A stretch of DNA of 64,000 bases. Source: Cyanophora paradoxa CCMP329 (taxonomy: Eukaryota; Plantae; Glaucophyta). Below the pieces are notes generated by a model. That model ran no database searches. It was given only the letters and a program-made list of their open reading frames with translations, and had not been told where the DNA came from. The position numbers and the translations under genes are program-made. Of this stretch, positions 22,190 to 36,100 are shown piece by piece. The DNA lies in assembly GCA_004431415.1 (NCBI GenBank), contig QPMI01000439.1, forward strand, positions 186,001 through 250,000. Direction: 5' to 3'. The number at the start of each line of letters is the position of its first letter. The stretch's first letter is position 1.

Positions 22190-25100
22190 ATGCATATGGC
22201 CATGGATCCCTATTCGAATTCGCGGCCGCGCGCCGCATCGGAGGGTCCAAGCTCGGCAGCTGCGTCTGAAGATGTCGATGCTTTCAATAGGGATCCACAT
22301 TCTGCGGACGCCCGCGGCGGCGCAACGTCTGACGCTCCGGGCATTGCTTGCGACAGGGCTTCGCATATGCATCTGCAGCTGCATTCTGCAGCTGCTCGCG
22401 ACGGCTCAGCATCTACTACACCGAGTCTTCGGCGTTCGAGCTCCGCTGCGCGGGGCGATATCGATTTCGAGCTTTCCACAACCTCGACCACATCCGAAAT
22501 TGAAGCTCCGGAGGTGCCCCATACACTTCGGGCATACGTATACGGCTCATAAACATGCTGCCGCCTCATGTATAATTACTTAATTAATTGAGCCTCGGCC
22601 TCTTCGTCGCACGCGCCGCAGGATTCCGTTTGCAACGGTCACGAGTCCAGCACACAGGTCCGGTTGAATTATATCCCAGAATGAATAGCGCGCAAATACG
22701 CTTGCGCATTCCAATTATGCAGGCCCATGAGAAGCTATCGGTGCGGGCATGGTCACTGGGTAAATTCGCCTGGACAAGAAAAGATTGCAACAAGTACTGT
22801 GGCCGAGTTGGATGGCGGGGCTGCAAGGTGCAATTGCGATGCAATTCGCATGCATTTGATTTGCTTATTTGACTCGCCTCAAATTTCTGTATGGGTATTT
22901 CCGTGCCCAGCTCTGGACATCGAGCTTTCCAACCGAAGACGTGCCCATTTTCGCTCAATTTTACAATTCTCATGTTCACGACTTCAGATGTGGATGCAGG
23001 AGGCCGCTAGAGCCCGGGATCGTCTCGCTATCATTTGCGATCACGTCGACGAGAAGACCGGGTATCGATATCGATTGCCGAGAGACAGTCTCAATTTTCC
23101 TCACTCCGGTGCTGTCCGAGACTTTGTAATGCCAACTGGATGCACATGCATTTGGTTGCCATTAATATTACAAGCGGCTGCGGTTCGCCGCAGACTACGA
23201 GGAAGATCCATTCTACGTCGCCCTGCAGCGGGGCGAGCTCGACCGCGAGCTGCCGGCGACGGGGGCCCCGGGCGAGGACGACCTTCGCAATTTGGTTTTC
23301 AGCTTCCTCGAACGGCACGCGCCCGGCAGCAAGCTTTCACATAGCAAGTTGAAGGTAATTATAATACTCACATCACGTTTAATTTAGGGCGTATATTTAT
23401 CAAGCTTCAGCTGCTGGTCATATATATTGAGTTCGTAATTTAGTGTTTGCGATCTCTAATATTAATTAATAGATCTGCAGCTGCAACGATCGCACGTTTT
23501 TCAGCACTCGTAAAATTTAAACGGAAAGTCCAGCAGATATAGAAACCCTTGCTTTTGATTGGTGTGCAGTTATCATATGCATTACTCCGGCGCAGGTCGC
23601 GATCAAAGTCCACGAAAAGCTATGTGAGAAACAGCGCGAGCCGGGTACTTTCGCAGGGACCTCGGCAACGCACGCAAGTATACATACTGGCAAGCTTAAG
23701 TTCGTAGGCAGATTCCAATGGCGCAGAAAAGAGGTTCGGATGCCCGTTGTTCTTGGCATCGATATCATGATAACACACAAACTTCAAAATCGCTATTTGA
23801 ACAGATTCACACTGCTTCTCTTGAACCGCAAGCCGTGAGTCAGAGTTTACAATTCGTTTCTTTACAATTACTTTGCCCTGATCAGCTTTACGCTCGTCTT
23901 GAATCGCCACTTTGAATCTCAGGCGGCCGCCAGAGCCCGGGACCGCTTTGCAATCATCTGCGATCACGTCGACGACAAGACCGCCCGCGGGCCGCAGCGG
24001 CGCCTGCCGAGAGACATGCTCAGCTTCCCACTCTCAGGTCTGTTCTATTAATCTAATTAGATTTTAATAGAATTTATTTTCGCAGTTTCTCAATGTATGC
24101 ATTCTAAGCGGCGGCGGTTTGACGTCCGCGCAGATTACGAGGGTGAGGACTTTTACGCTGCCCTGCAGCGCGGCGAGCTCGATATCGATGTTCCGTTGAA
24201 CGGCACGCTCGTCGTGAAGGATTTCCTGCACAACAGCGTCTATCCTTTCCTCGAGCGATTCGCGCCCGGCAGCTGCCCAGCTTTCCGGAGAAAGGTCTCG
24301 GTCGTGATTTGCATTCTTTCGTAAATGGTTTCGATTTGGAAGATCTAACTTCGGATGAGGTCGAGGGCGAGGACATGTACAAGAAGGACGAGGACGATGG
24401 GGTCTGCGATGCAGAAGATGCTGGTGCGTGCTGGCTCGCTCTTCCGACTGTCCGACAGTCGACGTGGCGATCTAAAGCTAGAGTTTATCATGGGTCACGT
24501 GCAGCAACTGAGCAGAGTACAGGAGATGCGACGCGGAATGCCGCTGGCACCAGTACTAGTACTGGCCATGGCAATACCGGAAGCAGCTTCGAGACTTCAC
24601 AGCGGTCATCGAAGAGACAGAGAACATTCGAGCACGGCGCGGCGCCTGTAGTCGCAGCCGAAGCAGGTGATCTTGAGAAGCGCTGGAACGATCTGCAAGA
24701 CCGCGGCGAGGTGTGCCGAATTCCAATTCCTTGTAATCATTCATTTCTAATTGATAATGCCGCAACTGTGACTGCGCAGAAAATCGCAGAGTCAACGTTT
24801 GTAATTAAACTGAAGGGACGGTTTTATGCCGCATTCTTGATCCAGAGTGTGAAGGTCGGCTACTGAATTTGACGGCCATTCGAATTCCTCAATCGTGTGC
24901 TGCTGCAGATCATTTCTCCACCGCTGGTATCGGTGGACGAAGCGCGGCGGTATTTCGACCGCTGCAACATCGCCTGGTACGGTCCGGATGGCGAGCGTCG
25001 CTACGGCATGGAAATCAACTTCGCAGTCGAAGGTAATCATAAAATGCCCGATCAAATTTGCAATTGCCTTGCGCCAGATCCAGCTTTAAGCTAAATATGA

Positions 25101-26500
25101 GCGCCGCGCCAGAGTACGCATCAGAGTCCTGGTTCCGGAAGCTCTTCACCGGCCCCGAGGAGCACCGCTTAAAGATCGGTGACAACGACCCGGACTGGAA
25201 CAAGGACATCGCGGCCGCCGTTCGGCGCACCGTCGCATTCGTCGACGCAGAGCTCGAGCTCGAGGTGCGTACGTGCTGCTGAGGTTTACATTGCGCACAT
25301 ATATACCTGCTTCGCCTCTCCAGGTGGCGCTGAGGGGGTTTACATTGCGCTCATTGCATTATAATTAGAGATGGCGTGTTTCGTGAACCCTCACACGTGT
25401 TCTCGCGCAGCTCGGCGAGCGAGACGCAGCCGTGGGGGCTTCGACGCCACCATCGCGATCGGCTGCCAGCGCCTCTTCGAGCTCACTCGGTGGCCATGGC
25501 GAGCGTGCACGTGAGCCGACGCGGCCTGTACATGTGGCAGGCGATCCAGCAGCCGCGGTGGACGGATCTGAGCGCAAGAAGCCCAAACGAGATCTAGAGA
25601 GGGCCGAGGTGATCGATCTCGAGGCCTCTCCGCTGAAAGCGACCGCGCCCCTGGCACCGGTGCCGGCCTCCAGCGCGGCCGCGGGCTCTCACAGCGTCAA
25701 CGTCGCCACCCCCGCCGCCGCCGCCGCCATGTCGGCACCAAACGCAGCCGCTCACACTGCGCAAGCCGCAATCGCCCTGGACGCTGGGGGCGCGACCCCA
25801 TCCGCAAGCTCTGCCGAGGCAGCGCTAGCAGCTCCAGGGCCCGGGCCCCCTGCAGCGCCTATGTATACCGCTCCCAACCCGAGTTTGGTATGTTCCTTTG
25901 ATTCGAACTCGGAGATGAATCGTTTATCTTGAGTGCTCCCCTTGGGTTAAACGCGTCATAATTTAATTTAATTCTGATTTTCGCAGGTGCTGAAATGGAC
26001 GGACCGAGAGACCCTCGAGTGGCTCGCTGAGCGCTTCGCTCTGACAGCCGACGGCCCAGCGTGAGCTGCTGTCGTTCGTGTTGAACACGAATGAATCCTT
26101 CGAACTCTAATTATAATTGCGCAGATACCGCGTGCTGCGGCGGCTGGCGCTCACGGGCCCGCTGCTCCTGCTGCGCCCGGCCTGCTTCCTGCGGCGGCAC
26201 CTGCTGGGGGCGCTGAAGGAGGAGATCTCGAGCGAGCTCGAGATCGTCCTCGCCTCGCTCGACGTGATGGTGCGTGCCGGGGGTGCCCCTACAAATTTAA
26301 AGCGCTGCGCCCTCGAGCTGAGCGCGCCGGGCCGGGCCGGGGCCCCGTGCCGGGCGGGGACGCAGGTGGAGCTGCTGGTGGAGGAGGCGCGGGAGGGGCC
26401 GCTCGAGGCGCGGGCGCGCGGCGAGCTCGACCGCCTCCTCGCCCGCCGCACACGGGAGGCCGCCGCCGCCGGCGCTGGCATTGGCGCGCAGCAGGCTTAG
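22190..26500 (+). CDS. Host multi-exon gene copy C (AP2-like x3 + SAM-like)
   Basis: Same exon series at ~23000, ~23923, ~24910 and ~25987; GT-AG introns at equivalent positions. Confidence 0.65.
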
Positions 26501-27125
26501 GCCGCGCCCACAGATCGCTATCCATGATATTAATATTGTGCTGATTATGATAGGGTGCGATCCCGCAGGGGCGCTCCGGATTCCCCAGTCCGTCATACAT
26601 GTACGCAGGCAGGAAAAGTTAAATAATATAAGCTTATGCTTTTAATGCACTAGCCTAATTTTCCCGCCCTCGCTACCTCTCGCGCTTTCCTTTTTATGAA
26701 TTTCGCGGCCCATGGCCATGGCCACATCTCGTCCCGGCTCGTGGGGTCGGGCGCCAGCCTGGTAGAACGTCACGGTGTCTTGAGGGAGGGAGGGGGGATC
26801 CCGGAGGCCTAGGGGGGAGTCGAGGGCCTCGAGGGCCTCTCGAGCTCCTTATCGAGGCCTCTCGAGCTCCTTCGGGGGTGAATTCGACTCGGTGAGATTC
26901 GGGGGATCCTAATCCCCTCAAATTCGAAATAAATTAAAGGAGGAACTTGCGATTCATTGGGGATGCGAGACGCGTACGGGAGGTGATCCGTAGAGGGGAG
27001 AGAACGCGATCTAGGCTAAGAGGGGCCATAAAGCGGAACGCGAGGCCGCTGGCCGCGGGCGCGCACCGCCAATTCGTGCGTGCACATGCGATTCCCCTGA
27101 TCGCGAAGCTCATGATCATGATCAG

Positions 27126-30100
27126 ATGGATACCGATTCCCGTTCGCGGTCACGGCCGGCGCCGCGCGCCGCATCGGAGGGGCCAAGCTCGGAAGCTGCT
27201 TCTGCAGATATCGATGTGGATTCACATTCTGCGGACGCCCGCGGCGGCGCGACGTCGTGCGCTCCGGGTAACGTCGATGAGTACGTCTCTGCTCGCGACG
27301 GCTCAGCATCTTCTACGCTGGGGCCTCGGCGCTCGAGCTCCGCTGCGCGGGGCGATCTCGAGCTTTCCGCTTCCTCGAGCGCACCCGAATTTGAAGCTCC
27401 GGCCGCGGAGGTGCCCCGCGCATATATATATCGCGCATGTTGCTCATAGACATCGATAATTGCTGCCACCTCATTTATTCAATTCATTAAGCCCCTTCGC
27501 GATCGCCGCGCAGCACGCGCCGCAGGATTCCGTTTGCAACGGTCACGGGTTCAGCACGTGCACGCAGGTACGGTCAAAAACTATTAATATTGCGCAACTG
27601 CAGATGACGCGCAACTGCGGATGCGCTTGCAAATTGTGCAGGTCCATGAGAAGCTATCGGGTAGCTATAGATTTGCAGGGACACGAAAAGAATGTAACAA
27701 GTTCGTTGCCCGAGTTGGATGGCGGGGCTGCCAGGTGCAATTGCAGATTTTTTAATGCTATTTGGATGCATTTGTTTCGCTTATTTGATTGGCCTCCAAT
27801 TTTCGTTTGCGCAGTTCTGGACATCAGGCTTTCCAACAGAAGACGTGCCCATTTTCAAAATCGCTTGAAACGCGGAGGATGCTGACTTTGGTTGGGCAGG
27901 AGGCCGCGAGAGCCCGGGATCGCCTTGTCATCATCTGCGATCACGTCGACGAGAAGACTGGGCGTCAGCATCGCTTACAAAGAGACAGCCTTAACTTTCC
28001 GCACTCCGGTGCACTCAGAGCGCTAGCCCTATTGTTGCCAACTGAATGCACATGCATATACGGTCGCCATTAATATTGCAAGCGGTCGCGGTTTGCCGCA
28101 GAATACGAGGAGGATCCATTCTAGATCTACACCGCCCTGCAGCGGGGCGAGCTCGACTGCGAGCTGCCAACGACGGGAGCGCCGGACAAGGACGACCTTC
28201 GGGAAATCGTGTACGCCTTTCTCGAGCGGCACGTGCCCGGCAGCAAGCCACGTCGAAAGGTAAGAATCAGATAGCACCACATCGCATCTTGATTTAAGTA
28301 CATTTAGACCAACATTTCTCAGTCTGTCTATAGCTGGATCTCACGTGATTTCTAGTTTTAATTTCCAAGTCCGCAATTCCGATTTAAATTTCCTAGATCT
28401 AGAGCAATGCATGTGCAAGTAATTCAGCACTGATCGACCGCAGACCGACGCCCATGAAAAGCTTAAAGAGAAACAGCGGACGCCGGGCACTTTCTTTGCA
28501 GTCCGGAAGAAGCAGAACGGCAAGTTCTTCGGGCGCTTCAAGTGGCGCGCGCACCCGGTGCATCATCTATTTCTCTTTCGGTGTTTGTTACCATCGCACA
28601 CAGACCTCGTGTTTAAGCGTTGGACAGGTTTTGACGGCGGCGAATTTAACATCGGAGAAAGTGGGTTTCCCATTTCGAATTCGAGCTCCAGCTGCAGCCA
28701 GATTGCAAATCTCACATGTGCTTCTCTTCAACTTTCGTGCACGCGGCGCAGGACGCAGCCAGGGCCCGGGACCGCCTGGCAATCATCTGCGATCACGTCG
28801 ACGAGAAGACTGGGCGACAGCGGCGCCTGTCGAGAGATATGCTGAACTTCCCTCTCTTAGGTATGTCCATGCTATGCTAAGCTTTCGCGATCGTAGACGT
28901 CGACTCTAGATCGTGTAATTTGTTCGATTTGCAGTGTCGCATCCGACTTTACAGTGGATGCTCGATTGTGAGCCGCTAGGGCTCTAGATGATGTATGCAG
29001 CCTTCGTGCTGCTAGGCCGACGGCGCCTAGGCTAGTTAGAGCGCCGCGGTCATTTGTATGCGTGTGTCGGGGTACGCCGTAGTTGGACGGGTACACCCGC
29101 AGTCTACCATCACGGTGGCTAACAGCAGCAGCACTCGCCAAACCCCGCCCTGCCGAGCTTGCACTCCGCACGGGCTTCTCGCGCGCACGATTAGACACAC
29201 TAATCTCGCACGCGACAGGCGCCACTGCCGGGAATTTGATCGAGCTTGAGCTCTCTTTTACAACGCGCCCCCGGCCTCTTCCCCCTCCGTTCCGAAATCC
29301 CGTCCGCGGGATCCGAACCGGGGATCTTGGCTCGTAGAGCAACAGCTCTACCAACTGAGCCAAGAGGGCCGTTCTCGCCCAGAGCGGCCGTGGCCGCGGC
29401 TATGGCCCTGAGCAGAACCGCGGGCCCCGGCCCCGGTTCAACCAAGTTCGCGCCGGAGGCGATCCGCCGCGCTCCGAGCCGCCGAACCCGGGCGCTGCCC
29501 ACATGGCTGAATTCTTCCAGCATCTGCTGGTTCAGTCGCAGCAGCAAGCCCTGCACGAGGCCGCGCGTGCCGCGAGCTCCTCCTCGGCAGGCAGCAAGCC
29601 CGGCCCAGGCGCCCCGAGCGGCGACCCGTCGATCAAGTCCGTCCTCGTGATGCCCGTGGGCACTGAGACGGACATGGACCTCAGCGTCCCCGTCGCCGCC
29701 GTGCGCCAGCCGGCCGACGCCAGCGTCATCGCCGCCCGGGCGCGTGACCAGGCCGCCTTCGACGCGGCCGCCTCGACCCTCGCCGCCGGCGCCCTTGACG
29801 ACGCCGCGCGTGAGACCGAGTTCGAGGCCGCCCTGCGCTTTGCCAGCCCGGCAAGCGACGATGGCTCAGGGGACTCGGAAATCGGCGAGACCGACGCCGA
29901 CGGACTGAGCGTCCGCTCGGAGTCCGACCCCTGGATCCCTGCGGCAAGGGCTCGGGTCTCGAATACGTCGAGAAAAAGCCACTGTCCGCGCCCACCGGGC
30001 TGCGGTACATGCCCGGCGACCACACCGAGAGCGTGCTCGTTGACTCGCAACGCGAGGGCAGCCGCTTCATTGTCCGCCGCATTGCCCCCCTGCTCATGCC

Positions 30101-33100
30101 ACTCTCTAAGTGGTACGCGCTGCTGGCCTCGGAGCCTCGCGCGCTGTCGAGGGCCGTCGGGCTCCTCTTCACCAACGGCATGGAGGGGCATAAGCAAATC
30201 CCGCTTGTGCGCAAACTTGCCGGCGAGGGTACGATCGGCATCGTTGCCGATCGCTTCCTGGGCGCCTGCGGACTGAACCGCGCGGACCGTCTCCTCCTGG
30301 GTCGCTTGACTCAGCGCACCGAGGTTAACAACCTCGCTTGCGTGATCGAGACTGCGGCCGTGGTCGCCCGCACGGACCACCGCCTGCATGAGGGCCCGGA
30401 TTCCGGCCGCGCTATGCGTGCAATTCTGCGCGCGGCGTTCGCCCACCCCGAGGACCCGGGCTCATGCTCTGGGGTCGGTCCCCCGCCTGACGACTCCGAA
30501 GTCGTCTGGCCCGATCTCGCCTTCGAGTTCGACACCGCGTCGCCGCGCGCGTGGGACGATCTGCTCGCCGCTTGGGAGCAGCACGCCCCGAAGTCGGCAT
30601 GCTGGGACCTCGCATCTGAGGCGAGTTGGCTTAGCGACTCTGATCGCTCGCCGATCTTGTCCCTTCTCGTCGCGTCCGCGTACCTGCTCGCCCAGCCGGG
30701 CTTGCAGTGGCCCCGCATACTGGCTGAGAATGCCAACGGGTATGACGTGGCGTTTGACCCGCGGGACTGGGACGAGACGCCCGATACCCCGGTCTCGCCG
30801 GCCCTGACGGGCCGGACCGGAAAACCTCTGCAGCCCCGCAGAGTCGGTCCGCGGCGTTGCACGCCAGCAACAGCCGGCAGCGCTCGTCGCTGCACTTCCC
30901 CACGCCCGCCGCCGACCCTGGTGACCTCACCGGGTACGGCCCGGACCGCCCGTCGGACCTCGCGGTCCCGGAGTCCCCCGAAGGCGCGCCGCCCGGCGGC
31001 CTCAACGCCCCTATCCCGATTGCGCATGTGATCGATGGGATCTCGGGCCGCCCGCACGATTTCCGGCGCCTGCAGCTGCAGTGCCCAGGATTCGTCTACG
31101 CCCTGAATGCTGACGGCACTCTCGGCGCTAGCACGCGTGTCCAAATCCTCTTTGACACCGGCGCTATGGGCGAAGTTGGCGAGAAGCGCCACATGCCCCC
31201 GGGCACCCGGTACACGGGTGTGAAGGTCCTGAGGGCCTTCCTGCACCACGCCACGATCACGGCCGAAATCGCGCACGTCGTGCTGCGCTTCGGTGACGTG
31301 TACGTCTCGCGGGCCGTGTACGTCGTCCCCGACGGCTCCCTGGGCCCCAATGCCGACCTGCTCGTGGGCATCGGCACGATCATGATGGTCGAGGGGCGGA
31401 TAGACACGACCAGCTCTGGCTGGTGCCTGCACGCGCGCGACGCGCAATTCCGCCCCCACGTGATCCCTTTTTGCTGCCCGGACAAACGAAGGGGCCTCTC
31501 CTTGTCCGGGTCCTTCGCCCTGTCGTCCTGAAGGACGCGCGCGAGTGGATGGTCCGCTGCGTGATTGACGGCCCTGCGCCGCCTGCGGACCAGGCTCCGA
31601 CGCTCGCCGTCGGGCCGGCGCCCGACTCCTTGTCGGCGCTCGGGGTACTCGCGCCCCACCAGCTGCACCGGCGCCCAGCCGCGGGCGGCAGCCTGCATGT
31701 GCGGCTATTAAATCCCGCCAATGAGCCCGTCCTGCTGCCAGCAGGGGCCGTTGTTGCGGTGGCGGAGGCTAACAACCTGCCGCCCGGCGACTTCGGGTAT
31801 GACCCGCCACCAGACGATGCGCCCGTGCGCGCAGTCGCCGATACTTTCATCCGCACGCTGCGAGCCTTTTACCCTAAACGGGGCCAAGGCTTCCGCTCGA
31901 TGCGTCGCCGGGCCAATCGAACGGCCGCGGCTTATATGGCAGCTGAGGGCGCGCCGACGCCCCAGCACCCTGCCCCGGGCCTATCTTTGCGGCACCCGCC
32001 GCCCGGCAGTCCGATGCGACTGCAGCCACCGGGCAGGAGCCTGCGCCGAGCGCACCTCCGCTGTTTGTCCGCATGATGCGCGACGACGACGACGAGGGCC
32101 ATGAGGTCCCCATCGTCACGATGGAGGGCCTCGCGCTCCACGATGAGCCGGTGTCGTCCGACACCGACTCGGAGCTCGAGCGCGACGTCGGGTACCCGGG
32201 TTGGACCTCCCCAGAGGAGCGTGAACGAACCCGGCCGGCCCGCCGCGCCGAGCGCGCCGCACGCCGCCGCGCCCGCGCGGCGCGCGTTGCGCGTCAAGGG
32301 GCTAACGTAGTCCCAACCAATCCCTCCGGGGATCAAATAAATCTCGCTGCCGACGCAGCCGAGCAGCCGGCGCCTGCGCCGAGCACAGCTGCTGCCCGCC
32401 CCGCGACGGCACCAGCGCCGCTGGACGGCCCTGGCTGCTCCGTCCGTACCACGGACGCGCCGGGCGCGCCTTCTGCAGCCGAGTCCTCTGCCGCGCGCGG
32501 CAGGGACAAGGGCAAGGCGCCGCTGCGAGCCGCCCCTCCGGGCCCAGCGCCTGGACCCTCCCATGGCGGCCCCCCGCGGGCGCCTCCGGAAACGACGGGG
32601 ACGTCGTCTTCCGAAGAGGAGGAGTGGAACCGAGCACGTGCTAAAATCCCGGAATGCGGCTCGCATCCGGCGATGAGCACTGCTGAACGCGCCGAGCTCG
32701 AGGCTCTGCTCAAGCGCTATTCGTGCGCGTTCGCCGACTCGGTCACGGCCACCGAGGGCACGGCCAACCTCCTCCACTACGAGCACGTGATCCGATTGAC
32801 CTCACGGCTGCCCGTCTTCACGCCCCCGCGGCGTGTAAGCCCGCACGCCGAGGCCTTCGCCCGTGCTGAAATAAAGCGGCTCCTTGAGCTGGGCTTGATC
32901 CAGCCCTCGCAAGCCGCCTACGGCTCGCCGGTCGTGCTCGCTCCTAAGAAGGACGGCACCTGGCGGTTCTGCGTCGATTACCGACGCTTAAATGCAATCA
33001 CCGAGCGCGACGTCTTTCCGCTGCCGCGGATCGACGATCAGCTGGACCGCCTGCGGGGTCCATGATCTTCTCGACCGTCGACGCGACGGCGGGCTTCTGG

Positions 33101-36100
33101 CAGCTGCCGCTGGACCCTGCGTCCCGGCAGTACACGGCCTTCGTGGTGCCCTGGGGCCACTACGAGTGGCGCGTGACCCCGTTTGGCGTGACCAACGGGC
33201 CGGCCGCCTTCTCGCGCGCCGTGACCGCCATCCTCGGCCCCCTGCTCACGACTTGCGTCACCGCTTATATCGACGATATAACGGTGTTCTCGCCGAGCGT
33301 GCCCCAGCACCTGCTGGACCTCGAGGCCTTGTTCCGCGCAATCATGCCGGCGAACTTGCGCCTGAAGCCCTCCAAGTGCCGCTTCGGGGTGGCTGAGGTT
33401 GCCCTGCTCGGGCACCTCGTCTCGGCCGAGGGGATCCGCCAGGACCCCGCGAAGCTGGCGTTCATTCGCCAGTACCCGCCGCCAGCGAACGCTGACCAAT
33501 TGAGGTCGTTCCTGGGCTTGGCCGGGTACTACCGGCGGTTCGTGAACGGGTTTGCCCGTGTCACCCACCCTTTGCAGCGCCTGCTGCTTCGGGACGCCGT
33601 GTGGCAATGGACCGAGGTCCACCAAGCCGCCTTCGAGGCGCTGAAGGCTGCCCTGCTCGAGGATCTGGTACTCGGGTACCCGGATTTCGAGCGGCCCTTC
33701 ATCCTGTCGACCGACGCGTCGACGTACGCCATCGGCGCGATCCTGTCGCAGTCCGACGGCGGCTCGCCCGCCCGTGAGCGGCCCATCGCGTTCATCAGCC
33801 GAACGCTGGCGCCCGCTGAGCGGAATTACACCGCCACCGAGCTCGAGTGCTTGGCGGTTGTATGGGCAATAAAATACTGGCGGCACTTCCTCTTGGGAGG
33901 CCCCAGTTCCTGGTCCGGACGGACCACCAAGCGCTCCAGTGGCTGCGCTCGCGCGAGGCGACCTCTGGGAGGCTGGGACGCTGGTCCCTCCTCCTGCAGT
34001 CCTACGACTTCGTCGTAGAGTACCGCGCGGGGCGCAATAACGGAGGGCCCGACGCCTGCTCGCGGCCCCCGTTGAACCACCCGGTTCTCGCCCCTGGCGG
34101 CGCCGACGGCAGCTCAGCCGCGCCTGACGCGCTGGCTGGCGCTGCGGGCATGGCGTGCCCCAGCCCGGCGACCTCGATGAGCCGCTGCCGCTGTTTGCAG
34201 TCGCTCTGGGCGCCGAGGGCGCTGCGGACGCCCGGGTTGCCGTGGAAGCCCCGCCGGGCCCCCGCCTGACCGAGCTGGCTGATGAGCCGGACGAGGCCGC
34301 GCTGCCGGGCCCCGCCCATGCGCCTGGGCCCGCCGAGGCCGAAACGCCGGCGGCCCCGCCGAGTCGGGCGGAGATCCTCGTCGCGAGGCGACAGGCCCGT
34401 CTCCGGCGCCAGCTCGCCTTCGAGGGCGCTCCCGCCGCGAGGCGAGACGTCCAGCCCGCCCAGGGCCGCGTCCACGCCGGACGCGCGCGCCGCCTGAGGC
34501 CTTCCGAGAGGGCTCCGACGATGAGCCCGTCTCCCTCTCCGAGCGCGCGCCCAGAGCCGCGCCGGCGGACGCCGAAGACGAGCCCCAGGGGCCCCGGCGC
34601 CGCCCGAACCCCGAGCCCCTGCCGCTGGGCAGGAGGCGCCCCTGCCCGCAGCCCTGCAGCTGCCGCAGGCCGGCCCGCCGACCCGGCGCGGCCGCAAGCC
34701 GACCACCTGGGCCGCGATGCGGCAGGAGGTTGACGAGTGGCACCGCCTCGCTGTCGAGCAGGGCCTGCCGCCGGCCCCGCGCTCTCCGAGCCCACCGCCG
34801 GCTCCCGAGGCCGACCCCATGGAGCTGGGCTCCGATGGCGAGGTCGCCCCGCCCGTGCCGGGCCTGAGGCCCCGCGCGAGGCGTCCGAGCTTGAGCTCGA
34901 CGAGGACGGGTTCCCCGTTACCCTCCTCGATCGCGTACGCCGCCGGCTCCCGTCGGGACCGCGGCGCTACGAGGGCCTGTCGCGCCCCTGCCGCGCGACC
35001 AGCGTCCGCCTGAGGCCCCGCGCCGGGGCAAGACGCCCCGCAAGGCCGACAACCCGCGCCACTGGCGCTGCGGCCCGCCGCTGTACCCCCGTCAGGACGA
35101 TCCCGACGAGGGCCCGAGGGCGGCGCCCCGGCGGCGTCGTCCTCCGCGGCTGCGTCGACCACTGCGGCGACAGCGGGCTCATCTGAGCCGCCGGCTGCCC
35201 CTGAGGCGCCCTCGAGCGGCGACGCCGGCTCGAGCGGCGGCCCAGCCGCGGGCCTGGAACGGGAGCTCCTCTCGTCCAGCGCCATCGCCCCTGGCCCTGA
35301 GCTGGGCGAGGTCCGAGACCGCCGCAAGCCGCGCTTGCTGGAGCTGGTCCAGGACACCTGGGATTGCGCGCCGCCGCCTTCCCTTGACGGGCCCCTGCCC
35401 GAGGCCCTGCGCCACATGTTCCCCGCGCGGCGAGTCCGGCTGCTCGCTGCGCAGAAGGCGGACTCGCTGTGCCGCAAGCTGTTCTCCTGGCACGAGAACG
35501 GCGTGAACGAGGCGCGCTGCACGCGCGCCTCCTGCCAGACGGGCGACTGCTACCTCTGCAGTCAGGCCAAGGCGGCCTTCGTCAAATTCGCCCAGAAATT
35601 TGACGTGGACACAGACGGCGTGCTCGTCCGCCGCCCGGCCGCGCCCCACGGGCGCTTCGTGCCCGTCCTGCCTGAGTCCTGGCAGGACCGCGTCCTGTAC
35701 GCGTACCACGATGGGTGGGGCCACCGCGGCGCCTCGATCGTCGCCCGCCGGATCCTGCTGAGGTTCTGGTGGCCGGGCATGCTTGCGGCAGTCGCTCGCT
35801 ACGTGCGGAGCTGCCATTGCTGCCAGTTCGCCAAGGCTGTGAAGCCGCGGCGAACCGCGATCGCAGTCATCGAGGCCGAGGGCCGGAATGACTTGTGGCA
35901 GGTGGACGTGTTCCACCTTGACCCGACGCCGCGCGGCAACCGGTATTTGGTTGCCTGGGTGAACGCGTGGGACAAGTACACGCGGCTGTACCCGAAAGCC
36001 GACCTGGACGGCTGGTCCATGCTCGAAATGGGCCGAGACTTCGTCTCGAATGAGGGCGTGCCGCTGCGCCTCCTCATGGACAACGGGTCCAGCCTGAAGG

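Noticed and set aside
29299-29369. Functional tRNA-Val(TAC) gene
   Set aside because: Acceptor, anticodon and T stems pair poorly; kept only as a tRNA-like element.
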